This document shows, in pieces, positions 9,488 through 20,015 of a stretch of 64,000 nt of DNA (its first letter is position 1; every line of letters begins with the position of its first letter). This DNA is from Minisyncoccia bacterium. Lineage in GTDB: Bacteria; Patescibacteriota; Minisyncoccia; UBA6257; 2-01-FULL-56-20. The DNA is taken from the NCBI GenBank assembly GCA_049997875.1, contig JBEKRC010000004.1:8928-72927 (forward strand), written 5' to 3'. Below the pieces are notes generated by a model. That model did not search any database. It saw only the letters and a program-made list of their open reading frames with translations, and was not told where the DNA came from. The translations under genes and the position numbers were made by a program.

Positions 9488-9560
9488 TGCCCCCACTAGG
9501 ACTCGAACCTAGGACCATCTCGTTAAAAGCGAGCTGCTCTGCCAACTGAGCTATGGGGGC
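9488..9560 (-). tRNA. tRNA-Lys(TTT)
   Basis: GCCCCCA/TGGGGGC acceptor, D arm GCTC-AGTTGGCA-GAGC, loop CT TTT AA, T arm CTAGG-TTCGAGT-CCTAG; no CCA. Confidence 0.95.
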
Positions 9561-9658
9561 GATCACATTAAATCATTCGTTATTATAAAGAAAAACAGTG
9601 CGGATTTCAATGTGTGGAGCACGGACGACATTTTGTATCGCACTATTCATGCCGCCCC

Positions 9659-10408
9659 TTAGACATCAATCTCAAGCAGAATCGGCAGATGGTCGGAATA
9701 TTTTGTCTTAGGAATGCGGGAGGAGAGGACTTTTACGTCCTTTGTGGCAAAAACATAATCAAGGCGCCAGCGGAGTTTGGTTTCCCTGAATCCGCGGTAG
9801 TCAAACGGCTTCGTCGTCCATGTGTTCTCGCGGAAATCCGGACCACAGTGCTTGAGGTATCTTTGAATGTTCTCAATGGTATAAGAACGAGGGGATGCAT
9901 TGAGATCTCCCGTGAAAATAAAATTCCTTTTCTTCCGCCTAAGGATGCTGAGAAGCGCATCGGCTTCTTTCCGCTTTGCGGGTGTTGTGACGAAACGTTT
10001 TGTATAAGAGGTATGCGTCGTGCCCACGACAAGCGCGCGCTTTCCCGGCACGGCAACCCTCACTTCTCCATATATTCGTCCCAAGGTTGAATAATTTCCT
10101 GTATAGGGCATTTCCTTTTGGACATGTCGGGAAAATACGGCTTTAATTGGGAACCGACTGAAAATCCCATTGCCGAACGGAAATTGTTCTCCTTTTTCGT
10201 TCGGCTGTTTTTGAGCAGGAAAGAAGGCGTAATAAAAATGCAGTTCATTCGCTATTTTTTTCGGAACATCTTCGTACTTGTTCCATTTTCCGCCCACCAC
10301 AAGCTCCTGAAAACAAGCAATGTCGGGATTCACTTTCTTGACGAATCGTATAATGTTTCCTACACCTTCCTCATTCCAAACATTCCACTGCAATATCTTT
10401 ATATGCAT
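9659..10408 (-). CDS. Endonuclease/exonuclease/phosphatase (EEP) family protein
   Basis: LQWNV, CFQE, GDLN, LDYVF, SDHLP motifs. Confidence 0.9.
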   Translation of the reverse strand: MHIKILQWNVWNEEGVGNIIRFVKKVNPDIACFQELVVGGKWNKYEDVPKKIANELHFYYAFFPAQKQPNEKGEQFPFGNGIFSRFPIKAVFSRHVQKEMPYTGNYSTLGRIYGEVRVAVPGKRALVVGTTHTSYTKRFVTTPAKRKEADALLSILRRKKRNFIFTGDLNASPRSYTIENIQRYLKHCGPDFRENTWTTKPFDYRGFRETKLRWRLDYVFATKDVKVLSSRIPKTKYSDHLPILLEIDV

Positions 10409-10462
10409 GAGAAAATAATATCACGTTCGTACTGGTTCCGATATCCAGAAATCCGGACATTG

Positions 10463-11023
10463 TCAGCGCAACCAATACTCATATAAAATCACCAGCGAAA
10501 AAAGAAATACTAAAAACTCTGCAATTGCGTAAGGGTGAAATCTTAGGTAAATGTTTTTAATCCAATCTTTATCGCCGTAGTGCACTGAGAGACGCCGGAC
10601 ATCTTCCCCGCTCCATACGTAGAGTGTTTTTGCGGGTAGTTTGTTTCTTGAAATATCGTACTGATAGAAAAACGCATAGTAGTTTTGTGACAATGGATAG
10701 AACCACCGAACGCCCCATCCGAGCCCGATTGAATCATGAAGAAAATGCAAAAATGTCGTTATCGCAAATAGTGCGGCCCATCGGTAATCAAAAAAAGAAA
10801 TGATGATCGTTCCAATGGGAATGAATAACAGCGGATAATGAAACAAATCGCGATGTTCATGCGCCCTTGCGGTAGTCCCCTTTTTCAGTGTGAAGAGAAA
10901 ATCAAAGTCGGGCAGGAGGGAAAATAAAATGCCGCCTGCGAGAAAAATCGGCGTGAACGCGATTCCAAAAAATCGGCCTAAGAAAACTGATGCGAAAATG
11001 CCTACCCCTATGTCCAGCGGCAC
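10463..11023 (-). CDS. Membrane-bound metal-dependent hydrolase (YbcI/YdjM-like)
   Basis: LLPDFD, HRDLFH, HFLHD motifs with TM segments. Confidence 0.8.
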   Translation of the reverse strand: MPLDIGVGIFASVFLGRFFGIAFTPIFLAGGILFSLLPDFDFLFTLKKGTTARAHEHRDLFHYPLLFIPIGTIIISFFDYRWAALFAITTFLHFLHDSIGLGWGVRWFYPLSQNYYAFFYQYDISRNKLPAKTLYVWSGEDVRRLSVHYGDKDWIKNIYLRFHPYAIAEFLVFLFSLVILYEYWLR

Positions 11024-11050
11024 GGTTTTATTATAGATCCTTTTAACGTC

Positions 11051-12157
11051 CTATCCTCCCTCCTCCAAATCCTCCAGTAATTTCTTCGCATTCGCACTTA
11101 GCTTCTTTGGCGCCTTGATAATGAAATTCACGAAAAGATCGCCGCGGCCATACGAACCGAACCGCGGCATGCCTTCGCCCGGGATACGCAAATTGTCTTT
11201 CAGGTTGAAGTGCGCGGGGATCTCCACGGCGATCTTGCCGCCCGAGATGGTCGGAACCTCAATTTTCTTTCCAAGGAGAAGATGGATGACGTTCAATTCC
11301 CGCGCGACGACGAGGTCATTCCCGTTGCGTTCAAAAAGGTGATGCGGCTTCACGCGCACGCGGATGTAAAGATCGCCCGCCGCCGTACCGCGCTCGCCCG
11401 CCTCGCCCATCCCCTTCACCTTGATCAATTGGTTGTCCTCAATGCCCGGCAAGAGTTCCACGTTTACCTCGCGCGCGGCCTCCATCCGGCCCGCTCCCTT
11501 GCACGTGCTGCATGATTTTTTCGGCACTTCTCCCGTGCCGTGGCACTTCTCACAGATCTTTACCTGCGAGAAACTGCCGAAGAACGTCCGGCGCTGCTCG
11601 CGGATCTCGCCGCGCCCGTCGCAGGTGGAACATTTTTCAAAACCGCTCCCTGCCTCGGCGCCCTTGCCGCCGCACTTCGCGCATTGCACGAACGTACGCA
11701 AGTGCAGGGTTTTCGTCACGCCGCGGAACGCTTCCTCAAGCGTGATTTCCTCGTGCATTTCAAGATCCGAACCGCGCTCGTACGTTTTTCGCGCGGGACG
11801 CACGCCCATCCCTTCAAAAAAGCTCTCAAAAATGTCGCCGAGGTCGCCCATATCGCCGAAATTTTGCGGATCAAAACCGAATCCGAACCCTTCCCAATTT
11901 GGCGCTCCTCCCGGAAAACCGCCCCATTGGGTACCGCCGAACCCCACTCCCGGCTCCGCCGTGCCGAAACGGTCGTACTGGGCGCGCTTCGTCCTATCCG
12001 AAAGCACCTGGTACGCTTCGTTGATCTCCTTGAACCTGCTTTCGTCGCCGCCCGGCTTGTCCGGGTGGTACTGATGCGCGAGCTTGCGGTACGCCTTTTT
12101 CACTTCCTCGTCGGAAGCGTTTTTTGCAACCCCCAAAATATGATAATAATCTTTCAT
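11051..12157 (-). CDS. dnaJ: Chaperone DnaJ
   Basis: J-domain HPD, G/F-rich region, four CxxCxGxG repeats. Confidence 0.97.
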   Translation of the reverse strand: MKDYYHILGVAKNASDEEVKKAYRKLAHQYHPDKPGGDESRFKEINEAYQVLSDRTKRAQYDRFGTAEPGVGFGGTQWGGFPGGAPNWEGFGFGFDPQNFGDMGDLGDIFESFFEGMGVRPARKTYERGSDLEMHEEITLEEAFRGVTKTLHLRTFVQCAKCGGKGAEAGSGFEKCSTCDGRGEIREQRRTFFGSFSQVKICEKCHGTGEVPKKSCSTCKGAGRMEAAREVNVELLPGIEDNQLIKVKGMGEAGERGTAAGDLYIRVRVKPHHLFERNGNDLVVARELNVIHLLLGKKIEVPTISGGKIAVEIPAHFNLKDNLRIPGEGMPRFGSYGRGDLFVNFIIKAPKKLSANAKKLLEDLEEGG

Positions 12158-12202
12158 GGCATTTCCTATGATACTACGCGGACATTAAAAATCCATTAAA
12201 TA

Positions 12203-13243
12203 TTAATACGTAATGACCTCTTGGGTCTGCGTAATCTTATCTATATGCATGAATCCGGTTGCGAGCAAGATCTCGTAGACAATAAGCGATGCGAACTCAG
12301 CAACCCAAACGAATGCAATGCCGATACTGCGGAGGATGAAAAATAAAATGATGGCCCACACCGCAATAAATTGGGTTTGAAAATGGTCCCGCAACCCGAC
12401 GAGTGTGGCGACGAGGTAGTCGTACGCCACGTCGCTCACCGTTTCATCGGGTGCCGGCGCTATTTTGGTCGTCTGCGCCACGCTCGCCGTCAATTGCGCC
12501 GCGGCCTGCGCGACCGTCTTATTCTGCTCCGATTGGTTTAGCGATCCGAACGCCGGATTTTGCGCGAGCTCCGTCCTCGCAATGTTCTCCGCAAATGTCC
12601 CGAAGGAACCCGCGAGCGGAACATTGGGGTAGAAACCATTCACCACGCCCGCGGCCCAATCAAAGAATACGTGAAAATCCCCGCGCGCCACGAATACCGG
12701 TTGCCCCTGACTCTCCGCCTGCGGCACGTACACAAGAATCATGACCAAAACGAGGGCTGTCACCACCTTCCCCAACACGCTTCGCGCTATCCTAAAGAAT
12801 TGGACCTCAATGCTGCCGCGCAGCGCCGAACGGCTCGCGAAATATCCCCAGAGGAGCACCGCGAACGCGACGAGTCCCGCGATGCCGGCGATCAACCAGC
12901 TGTCGTAAAACAAAAAGCACGCGATAAGCGCCACTGATTCCCCAAAAATAACGAGTGTCCGCCGCCCAATTCCCTTTGCAAGAAAAACCTGCAATGCGGA
13001 ACATGCGGAGAAAAGGAGAAACGCGGCGAAGAGATACCACGGCGAGGAAGCGACGGAAAGATAACGGAAATAGAACCAGCCGAAACAGAGCGCGGAGGCG
13101 ATGCTCAAGAAATCAATTACAATGGACCGCCAAAATCCTTCCGTTCCCGCAGAGGACGATACCTTATTGGGATTGATCAGGTTTTGGCTCTGGTTTTGGC
13201 TCTGGGTTCTCGGTCCCGTGAGCGTCGCCGGATTGATTTCCAT
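12203..13243 (-). CDS. Hypothetical multi-pass membrane protein
   Basis: ~6-7 TM ORF between dnaK and dnaJ; TATAAT 7 nt before ATG 13243; overlaps dnaK 3' end. Confidence 0.75.
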   Translation of the reverse strand: MEINPATLTGPRTQSQNQSQNLINPNKVSSSAGTEGFWRSIVIDFLSIASALCFGWFYFRYLSVASSPWYLFAAFLLFSACSALQVFLAKGIGRRTLVIFGESVALIACFLFYDSWLIAGIAGLVAFAVLLWGYFASRSALRGSIEVQFFRIARSVLGKVVTALVLVMILVYVPQAESQGQPVFVARGDFHVFFDWAAGVVNGFYPNVPLAGSFGTFAENIARTELAQNPAFGSLNQSEQNKTVAQAAAQLTASVAQTTKIAPAPDETVSDVAYDYLVATLVGLRDHFQTQFIAVWAIILFFILRSIGIAFVWVAEFASLIVYEILLATGFMHIDKITQTQEVITY

Positions 13244-15062
13244 CATTCTTATTATAGAACGCCTGGCCGATTTTTTGAATCTCGGCCGAAAGCGACGCTG
13301 TGGCCGACTGGATCGCCGCCATGTCTTCCCCCTCCTCTGCCTTTTTGAGTGCCGTGAGCTTTTCCGCCACGCCGCCTTTCACATCGGCCGGCAATTTATC
13401 GCCCGCGTCCTTCAATGCTTTCTCCGTCGTGTAGATGAGCGATTCTGCCTGGTTGCGCGCCTCAACTAATTCCCTCTTTTTGGCATCCTCGGCTGCGTGC
13501 TCGGTTGCTTCTTTCTTTAATTTCTCAATTTCGTCCTTTGAAAGGTTTGTGGACGCCTGGATCTTCACCGATTGCGTCTTGCCGGTCGCTTTGTCCTTAG
13601 CGGAGACGTTCAGAATGCCGTTCGCGTCAATATCAAACGTGACCTCAATCTGCGGCATGCCGCGCGGGGAAGGCGGAATGCCATCCAGCATGAAGCGCGC
13701 GAGTGTTTTGTTATCTCCCGCCATCGGGCGTTCGCCTTGCACCACGTGCACTTCCACGGATGTCTGATTGTCCGCGGCTGTGCTGAAAATCTGCGTCTTC
13801 GCGGTCGGCACCGTCGTATTCTTTTGGATCATGGGCGTCGCGACCGCGCCGTACGTTTCAATTGCGAGCGTGAGCGGCGTCACGTCCAAGAGCAAAATAT
13901 CTTTCACGTCGCCCTGCAGAATGCCTGCCTGTACCGCCGCCCCTGCTGCCACTACTTCGTCAGGATTGATCCCTTGGTGCGGATCCTTCCCAAAAAGTTT
14001 TTTCACCGCATCCTGCATTGCGGGCATCCGCGTCTGCCCGCCCACCAAAATCACTTCGTTGATGTCCCCCATTTTGAACCCGGCGCCCTTCGGCGCGGGC
14101 GATGTGACGGTCTCATTTGTCAACTGGATGGACCGGTCAATATACTTCTGTACGAGCGATTCCAGTTTCGCGCGCGAAAGTTTCATCAGGAAGTGCTTCG
14201 GGCCGTTCGCATCGGAGCTGATATACGGCAGATTGATCTCGGTTTCCACCGCCGTTGAAAGTTCGTGTTTCGCCTTTTCGGCCGCCTCCTTCAGGCGCTG
14301 GAGCGCAAGCGGGTCCTTTGAAATATCAATCCCCTCCTGCTTTTTATATTCCACGACGAGATATTGCTGGATTTCTTTGTCAAAATCGTCGCCGCCCAAG
14401 TGCGTGTCGCCACCGGTCGCTTTCACCTCCACAACATCGTCGCCCACCTCAAGCACGGAAATATCAAATGTCCCGCCGCCAAAATCGTAGACGACGATCT
14501 TTTCGCTTTTCTGCTTGTTCAAACCATACGCAAGCGCCGCCGCCGTCGGCTCGTTGATGATGCGGCGCACCTTGAGGCCCGCAATCTCGCCCGCATTCTT
14601 CGTTGCTTGCCGCTGCGAGTCGTCAAAATACGCCGGCACCGTGATCACGGCCTCTTCTACCTTCTCGCCAAGCTTCGCTTCCGCGTCGGCTTTCAATTTG
14701 CCAAGGATAAACGCGGAGATCTCTTCCGGCGAATACCACTTGTCGCCCATTTTCACTTCCACGCCGCCGGTCGCACTCGCCTGGATATCGTACGGAAGCC
14801 ACGCCTTATCCCGTTGCACCTCGGGGTCGGTAAATTTCCGTCCCATCAGGCGCTTCACCGAAAAGATGGTATTCTTCGGGTTCGTCACCGATTGCCGCTT
14901 CGCGAGCAACCCCACCAATCGTTCGTTTGATTTTGAGAGCGCCACGATGGAGGGCGTCGTCCGATTTCCTTCCACATTTTCCAGAATGCGCGGCTCGCCG
15001 CCCTCGGTCACCGCGACCGCGGAGTTCGTCGTCCCCAAGTCAATTCCCAAAATTTTCGCCAT
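13164..15062 (-). CDS. dnaK: Chaperone DnaK (Hsp70)
   Basis: [32 protein letters not shown]. Confidence 0.99.
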   Translation of the reverse strand: MAKILGIDLGTTNSAVAVTEGGEPRILENVEGNRTTPSIVALSKSNERLVGLLAKRQSVTNPKNTIFSVKRLMGRKFTDPEVQRDKAWLPYDIQASATGGVEVKMGDKWYSPEEISAFILGKLKADAEAKLGEKVEEAVITVPAYFDDSQRQATKNAGEIAGLKVRRIINEPTAAALAYGLNKQKSEKIVVYDFGGGTFDISVLEVGDDVVEVKATGGDTHLGGDDFDKEIQQYLVVEYKKQEGIDISKDPLALQRLKEAAEKAKHELSTAVETEINLPYISSDANGPKHFLMKLSRAKLESLVQKYIDRSIQLTNETVTSPAPKGAGFKMGDINEVILVGGQTRMPAMQDAVKKLFGKDPHQGINPDEVVAAGAAVQAGILQGDVKDILLLDVTPLTLAIETYGAVATPMIQKNTTVPTAKTQIFSTAADNQTSVEVHVVQGERPMAGDNKTLARFMLDGIPPSPRGMPQIEVTFDIDANGILNVSAKDKATGKTQSVKIQASTNLSKDEIEKLKKEATEHAAEDAKKRELVEARNQAESLIYTTEKALKDAGDKLPADVKGGVAEKLTALKKAEEGEDMAAIQSATASLSAEIQKIGQAFYNKNDGNQSGDAHGTENPEPKPEPKPDQSQ

Positions 15063-15068
15063 TGTTTT

Positions 15069-15764
15069 TTATTTTATTAATTTTTTCAAATAGTTAATGG
15101 GCCGACAAATACCCATATTGGCGGGGATATCTGCAAATTTGGATTGGTTAGCGGGATCAGTTTGCACTCGGCTAGAGATTCTTCCACTCACAATACCGAT
15201 AACTTCGCCGGTTGATTTCGAAAATAACGGCGATCCGCTTGAGCCACTGTTAGTGTGTGTGTCAATCATAAAGAAATGCAACGACTTATCTTGCATCCGC
15301 CTTTTTATCGAACTGACTATGCAATGGTTCGCACTCATTGTGATTCCAAATCCCATTGCTAAAAGCTCTGTGGCTAAGGGATATCCCATAAACAGAAGCT
15401 CATCGCCCTCTCTAACTTTTTCCGAATCACCGATTTTCTCTACTGGGATGAAGTTGTCTTTTCCCTTTATTTTCATAACAGCAATGTCGTTTTCTTCGTC
15501 GAGCCTAACGACCTCAATGTCAACCTTCTTATAATAAGTAATTGCGTCTTCTACTCGATCTATCACTTGTGCACTCAAATACTGCCGCTGATTTTCAGGG
15601 ATCTCTTTGTAAACATGTGCATTAGTAATGAACGTACCATCCTTCAAAACAATGAAACCAGTTCCGCGGATACTCAGCTGGGCTTGGTTATTCGAACCCG
15701 GAATAACTAACTGCAGAAGGATGATTGCCTTGCTATTATTTTCGATAATTTTTGAGTTTTCCAT
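15069..15764 (-). CDS. Trypsin-like serine protease (no signal peptide, no PDZ)
   Basis: GTGF..TNAHV (His), DIAV (Asp), NSGSSGSP (Ser); AT-rich. Confidence 0.85.
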   Translation of the reverse strand: MENSKIIENNSKAIILLQLVIPGSNNQAQLSIRGTGFIVLKDGTFITNAHVYKEIPENQRQYLSAQVIDRVEDAITYYKKVDIEVVRLDEENDIAVMKIKGKDNFIPVEKIGDSEKVREGDELLFMGYPLATELLAMGFGITMSANHCIVSSIKRRMQDKSLHFFMIDTHTNSGSSGSPLFSKSTGEVIGIVSGRISSRVQTDPANQSKFADIPANMGICRPINYLKKLIK

Positions 15765-15769
15765 AGTTT

Positions 15770-16387
15770 TTACGTTTTATTTCTTATTTTCAATTTATTT
15801 CTCGACCTAGTAAGTAATTCCCTTTTTGTCCAGCCAACGAAGCCTTCGGGACCGTATCTTTCAATCTTCACAACTTGCTGAGAATCTAGTAAAAACAGGA
15901 ATGGGGCTGGTTTATTATTGTTATTGTTCAAAAAATTATTGGCAATCTCATCAAAATCGGAAAGAAGAGCAAATACCCCCAAATTTATTGCTATGCTAGA
16001 AGGGAAAAAATCAGTCAGTTTATCAATATAGGCATTAGTGCTCGAACCGGTATCTACAATCTGTATTGATTTTCCTATAAAGCTTTCTTTTATCGTACCA
16101 GCATGAATTTCTTTAATATTTGGCGCAGGAATAAAAAATTTTGCGTTGCTGCTAAGTTGGAATCTTAGGGTTGATGTGTGGATTCTATCAAAATAGGGGG
16201 TTGAAAGCACGCCCGAGTGGTTCTCGGCCGCTAATAAAGGCAAACAATCGATCGTGTACCCTGCCGCGGGGATGCAACGAAGACAATATTCGCTACTTGA
16301 ATCAAAATTACGTTCAAACGAGCCTAACCGCAGTTGCGTTACATACTTTTCTACAATTTTTAATTTTCTCTGACGAAAATCTTCCAT
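15770..16387 (-). CDS. Hypothetical protein
   Basis: 205 aa AT-rich ORF starting 1 nt after the grpE stop; no motif recognised. Confidence 0.65.
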   Translation of the reverse strand: MEDFRQRKLKIVEKYVTQLRLGSFERNFDSSSEYCLRCIPAAGYTIDCLPLLAAENHSGVLSTPYFDRIHTSTLRFQLSSNAKFFIPAPNIKEIHAGTIKESFIGKSIQIVDTGSSTNAYIDKLTDFFPSSIAINLGVFALLSDFDEIANNFLNNNNNKPAPFLFLLDSQQVVKIERYGPEGFVGWTKRELLTRSRNKLKIRNKT

Positions 16388-16388
16388 A

Positions 16389-16946
16389 TTATTTCTGCTT
16401 GCTTATAATCACGCGCGCGGCCCGCAATACCTTGTCATGTAATTTGTATCCGGGCTCTATCTCTTCCACGATCGCCCCGGGCGATTGTTCCGATTCCACT
16501 TCGGTCATCGCCTCGGCGACCGCCGGGTCAAACGGATCGCCCGGCTTAATAATTATCTTCGTAAGTCCGCGCTTTTTCAGAATGTCTTCTATCTGCGACC
16601 GAATAAGATACACTCCCTTATCCACCGTCCCATTCTTTTCCAGCGCACGGAGCCCGAGGTCAAAATTATCCAGCACCGTAATAAAGTCTCTTATAAGATC
16701 TATACTTCCGTACTGCGCCACTTCCTGCAGATGCGCGAATTCCTCTTTTTTGTAATTGATAAAGTCCGCCTTCGCGCGCTGCCATCCGGCAAGATATTCA
16801 TTCTTTTCATCATTACATTTTTGTAACTGTTCTTTGTAAAACTCATTAACAACTTCCCATTCCTCTTTTCCTTCTTTGGGGATTGAGCTGCAATTTTGTT
16901 TATAAAACTCAGCAAATGTTAACTTATCTTTGTTCTCTTCCGCCAT
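16389..16946 (-). CDS. grpE: Nucleotide exchange factor GrpE
   Basis: WQRAKADFINYKK, FDPAVAEA, GYKLHDKVLRAARV. Confidence 0.95.
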   Translation of the reverse strand: MAEENKDKLTFAEFYKQNCSSIPKEGKEEWEVVNEFYKEQLQKCNDEKNEYLAGWQRAKADFINYKKEEFAHLQEVAQYGSIDLIRDFITVLDNFDLGLRALEKNGTVDKGVYLIRSQIEDILKKRGLTKIIIKPGDPFDPAVAEAMTEVESEQSPGAIVEEIEPGYKLHDKVLRAARVIISKQK

Positions 16947-16954
16947 GTTCTTTA

Positions 16955-17626
16955 TTATAAGCTTTTAAAAACTCGTATGACCTTTTTATAATCCATCCGC
17001 TTCGGGCCGATGGCAAAAATGGAAATGGTGGTACCGTCCATGCGGTAATTCCCGCCGACCACGGAAAGGTTCTCGCTTTTCGTGAGCGGGCTCTTCCTGC
17101 CAATGAAGACCTTCGGCGCTTCGCCCGCCGGGCCGACTTTCTCCGCTGCCCGCGGCAGACGCTCGTCCACATCTTCAAAATCGCGGATCACCGAGCGGAT
17201 CTCGCCGCGATTTTCCCAATCCAGGCAATCCACAAGCTCCTCAAGGCCGGTTTTATACACCGCTTCGTGCGCAAGGTCCGCCGCCACGCTCACGAGCCGC
17301 AATTCAGCAGAAAGATGGCCCAAAAGATCCGGCCACGCACGCTCATGAAAAAGTCCGGCAAGGGTCGGTTCGCGGGATTCCGGAACGGTGCCCAAAAGCC
17401 GCTTTGCGAAAAATTCGTAACCCGCATCCGTGGGCACGCGTCCGGCCGAATGATGCGGCTGCTCCAAATATTCCGCGTCTTCCAGCGCGTCAAGCTCCAG
17501 CCGAATCGTCGCCGGCTTGATGCCGAAATCGTAATGGTCAAAAAGCCAGCCCGAGCTTACGGGCTCTCCTGTCGCAATGAAACCCTGCACCGCCGCTTCA
17601 AGGATTTGCAACGTCCGCTCGTTCAT
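16955..17626 (-). CDS. hrcA: Heat-inducible transcription repressor HrcA (short, ~223 aa)
   Basis: GEPVSS...PATIR...LEQPHHSAGRVPTDAGY, C-terminal IGPKRMDY; CIRCE upstream. Confidence 0.93.
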   Translation of the reverse strand: MNERTLQILEAAVQGFIATGEPVSSGWLFDHYDFGIKPATIRLELDALEDAEYLEQPHHSAGRVPTDAGYEFFAKRLLGTVPESREPTLAGLFHERAWPDLLGHLSAELRLVSVAADLAHEAVYKTGLEELVDCLDWENRGEIRSVIRDFEDVDERLPRAAEKVGPAGEAPKVFIGRKSPLTKSENLSVVGGNYRMDGTTISIFAIGPKRMDYKKVIRVFKSL

Positions 17627-17633
17627 CAAGGCC

Positions 17634-17661
17634 ATTATAGCGCGATTAGCAATCATGTCAA
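17634..17661 (-). promoter_or_regulatory. Consensus sigma70 promoter of hrcA (leaderless)
   Basis: TTGACA-16nt-TATAAT-7nt-ATG on the minus strand. Confidence 0.85.
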
Positions 17662-17672
17662 GAGAGTGCTAA
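17646..17672. promoter_or_regulatory. CIRCE element (HrcA operator)
   Basis: TTAGCAATC-N9-GAGTGCTAA, one mismatch to consensus TTAGCACTC-N9-GAGTGCTAA; overlaps the -35 box. Confidence 0.95.
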
Positions 17673-17699
17673 TACGCGCGGTATGGTACAATATTTTCA

Positions 17700-18581
17700 A
17701 TGGATACCGAAAGGAACACGCACGTGGAATGGATTGACATCGCGCGGCCGACGAGAAGCGATCTTGCATGGCTCAAGAAGAAATTCGGATTGCATCCGGT
17801 CATCGTGGATGAGCTTAAAGGGCCCTCCGCGCGGGCGCACGCGGAGGCCTACAAGGACTATCTCTTTTTCATTTATTACTTCCCGAAGTACGATACGGAC
17901 GATGAAACGTCGGTGCGGACAGAAATAGATTTCATCGTCGCAAAGGATACCGTCGCTACTATCCATTACGAACCGATCACGGAAGCACTGGATCACTTTG
18001 CAGTGCGGCACGAAAAAAATTCTCTGGAGCTCATGTGCCACATCGTGGAACACTTGATCGCCTATGAAGAACGGCAGCTGCGCCACATCCGGGAAAAAGT
18101 GGAAGATGTCGGCCGGAACATCTTCAAAGGGAAAGAGCAGGAAGTCCTCGCCCGCATCATGTACCTGAAGCGCGACGTGTCGGAATACCGCATCGTCGTG
18201 CGCCTTCAGGAGCCGATCCTCCGCTCGCTCCTTGCCAAAGGAAGAAAATTCTGGGGAGACGATGCGGAAATATACCTGAACGACCTCATTGGGGACCAAC
18301 TGAAAGTGGTGAACCAGCTGGAAGACTATCGCGAGACCATCGTTGATTTTGAAGAGACCAACAACCAACTGATGAACTTGAAAATTTCAAACGTGATGAA
18401 AACGTTCACCGCGCTCTCGTTCCTCACCTTCCCGTTCGTGCTCCTCGCCGGGCTCTTCAGCATGAGAACGGTGGACACTCCCATCATTGGCCTGCCGGGC
18501 GCCTTTTGGATCGTGGCTGGCGCCATGGCCGCCGCGATGATAATTCTCGCAATCTATTTCAAGCGGAAGGGATGGTTTTAA
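17700..18581 (+). CDS. CorA-family divalent cation transporter
   Basis: WIDI..P, ISNVMKTFT, two C-terminal TMs, ends FKRKGWF; GMN motif replaced by SMR. Confidence 0.85.
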   Translation: MDTERNTHVEWIDIARPTRSDLAWLKKKFGLHPVIVDELKGPSARAHAEAYKDYLFFIYYFPKYDTDDETSVRTEIDFIVAKDTVATIHYEPITEALDHFAVRHEKNSLELMCHIVEHLIAYEERQLRHIREKVEDVGRNIFKGKEQEVLARIMYLKRDVSEYRIVVRLQEPILRSLLAKGRKFWGDDAEIYLNDLIGDQLKVVNQLEDYRETIVDFEETNNQLMNLKISNVMKTFTALSFLTFPFVLLAGLFSMRTVDTPIIGLPGAFWIVAGAMAAAMIILAIYFKRKGWF

Positions 18582-18593
18582 ACGTTGTAAGCC

Positions 18594-20015
18594 ATGCTCC
18601 GGCTTTTTAATACGCTCACGCGAGAAAAGGAAACGCTAACGCCGATCCACAAAGAATGGGTTGGCCTCTATACCTGCGGACCAACGGTCTACAACTTCGC
18701 ACATATCGGGAATTTGCGGACCTATATCTTTGAAGATATTCTCCAACGCACGCTGGAATACGATCACTATGCCGTCCGGCGCGTGATGAATATAACGGAC
18801 GTGGGTCATTTAACCGGCGATTCAGACGCAGGTGAGGACAAACTTGATAAAGAAGCGCGCACCGAAAAGAAATCGGTTGAAGAAATCGCACAATTCTACA
18901 CGAAGGCTTTCCTTGATGATCTAGAAAAATTGAACATAAAGAGGCCTGACATTATCGCTCCTGCCACCAAATTCATTAATGACCAGATCGCATTGATTGA
19001 AACCTTATTTGAAAGAGGGTTTGCCTACGACACCCCGACCGCGGTCTATTTTAATGTCAGCAAGGACAAAACATATGGCAAACTCTCCGGCCAATCGCTT
19101 GCCGAAAAAATAACCGGTGCGCGCGACGAGGTGATTGTAGATAAAGGAAAACGTAATGCAGCAGATTTTGCATTATGGTTCAAGCTCACCGGAAAATTCA
19201 AAAAGCACCTGCTCCACTGGCCGTCACCGTGGGGCGAAGGATTCCCGGGGTGGCATATAGAGTGCTCTGCGATCTCGCGCCATTTTCTCGGGCAACCATT
19301 TGATATCCACACTGGTGGCGTGGACCACATCGGCACCCATCACGAGAACGAGATCGCACAGTCGGAAGCGGCGTACGGTGTGCCGCTTGCGCACGTATGG
19401 ATGCATGGAGAGTTTCTTCTTATGAACGCAGAGAAGATGGCCAAATCAGAAAAAAATTTCTTCACGCTGAAAGACATTGAAGAAAGAGGTATCAATCCCC
19501 TCGCATTTCGGTATCTGGTTTTAGGAACCCATTACCGGTCAAAAATGAATTTCACCTGGGAGAGTCTGGAGGCGGCACAGAATGGGTTGTGGAAGTTTTA
19601 TGCTGCACATTACCAACTGCTTGATGCCGCAAGAGGGGTTGGAGATCTTGCGACTGTGAAACTTTCGAGGGATGGCCAGGAAATCCTCCGGAACTTCAAG
19701 GATGCTTTGAATGACGACTTAAATACCCCAAGGAGCCTCGCAATCCTTCATGAGGCGATGGGAAGCGATATCCTTGCCGCAGAAAAAGCGCATCTTATCG
19801 GTGAATTTGATGAAATATTGGGTATTTTGATGGGGTCCCGACCGGTCATCCCCAAAAAGGTTCAAGAACTCCTAACGAAACGCGAGCAATCCAGAGATAA
19901 TAAACAGTTTGAGCAGGCGGACCGCTTGCGTAAAGAGATAAACGACCTAGGATATGAGGTTGAGGACACCCCTCAAGGACCGTTCCTATGGCCGCAACAA
20001 AAAAATCACAACTAA
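18594..20015 (+). CDS. cysS: Cysteine--tRNA ligase
   Basis: CGPTVY, HIGN, PGWHIEC, KMAKS. Confidence 0.98.
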   Translation: MLRLFNTLTREKETLTPIHKEWVGLYTCGPTVYNFAHIGNLRTYIFEDILQRTLEYDHYAVRRVMNITDVGHLTGDSDAGEDKLDKEARTEKKSVEEIAQFYTKAFLDDLEKLNIKRPDIIAPATKFINDQIALIETLFERGFAYDTPTAVYFNVSKDKTYGKLSGQSLAEKITGARDEVIVDKGKRNAADFALWFKLTGKFKKHLLHWPSPWGEGFPGWHIECSAISRHFLGQPFDIHTGGVDHIGTHHENEIAQSEAAYGVPLAHVWMHGEFLLMNAEKMAKSEKNFFTLKDIEERGINPLAFRYLVLGTHYRSKMNFTWESLEAAQNGLWKFYAAHYQLLDAARGVGDLATVKLSRDGQEILRNFKDALNDDLNTPRSLAILHEAMGSDILAAEKAHLIGEFDEILGILMGSRPVIPKKVQELLTKREQSRDNKQFEQADRLRKEINDLGYEVEDTPQGPFLWPQQKNHN

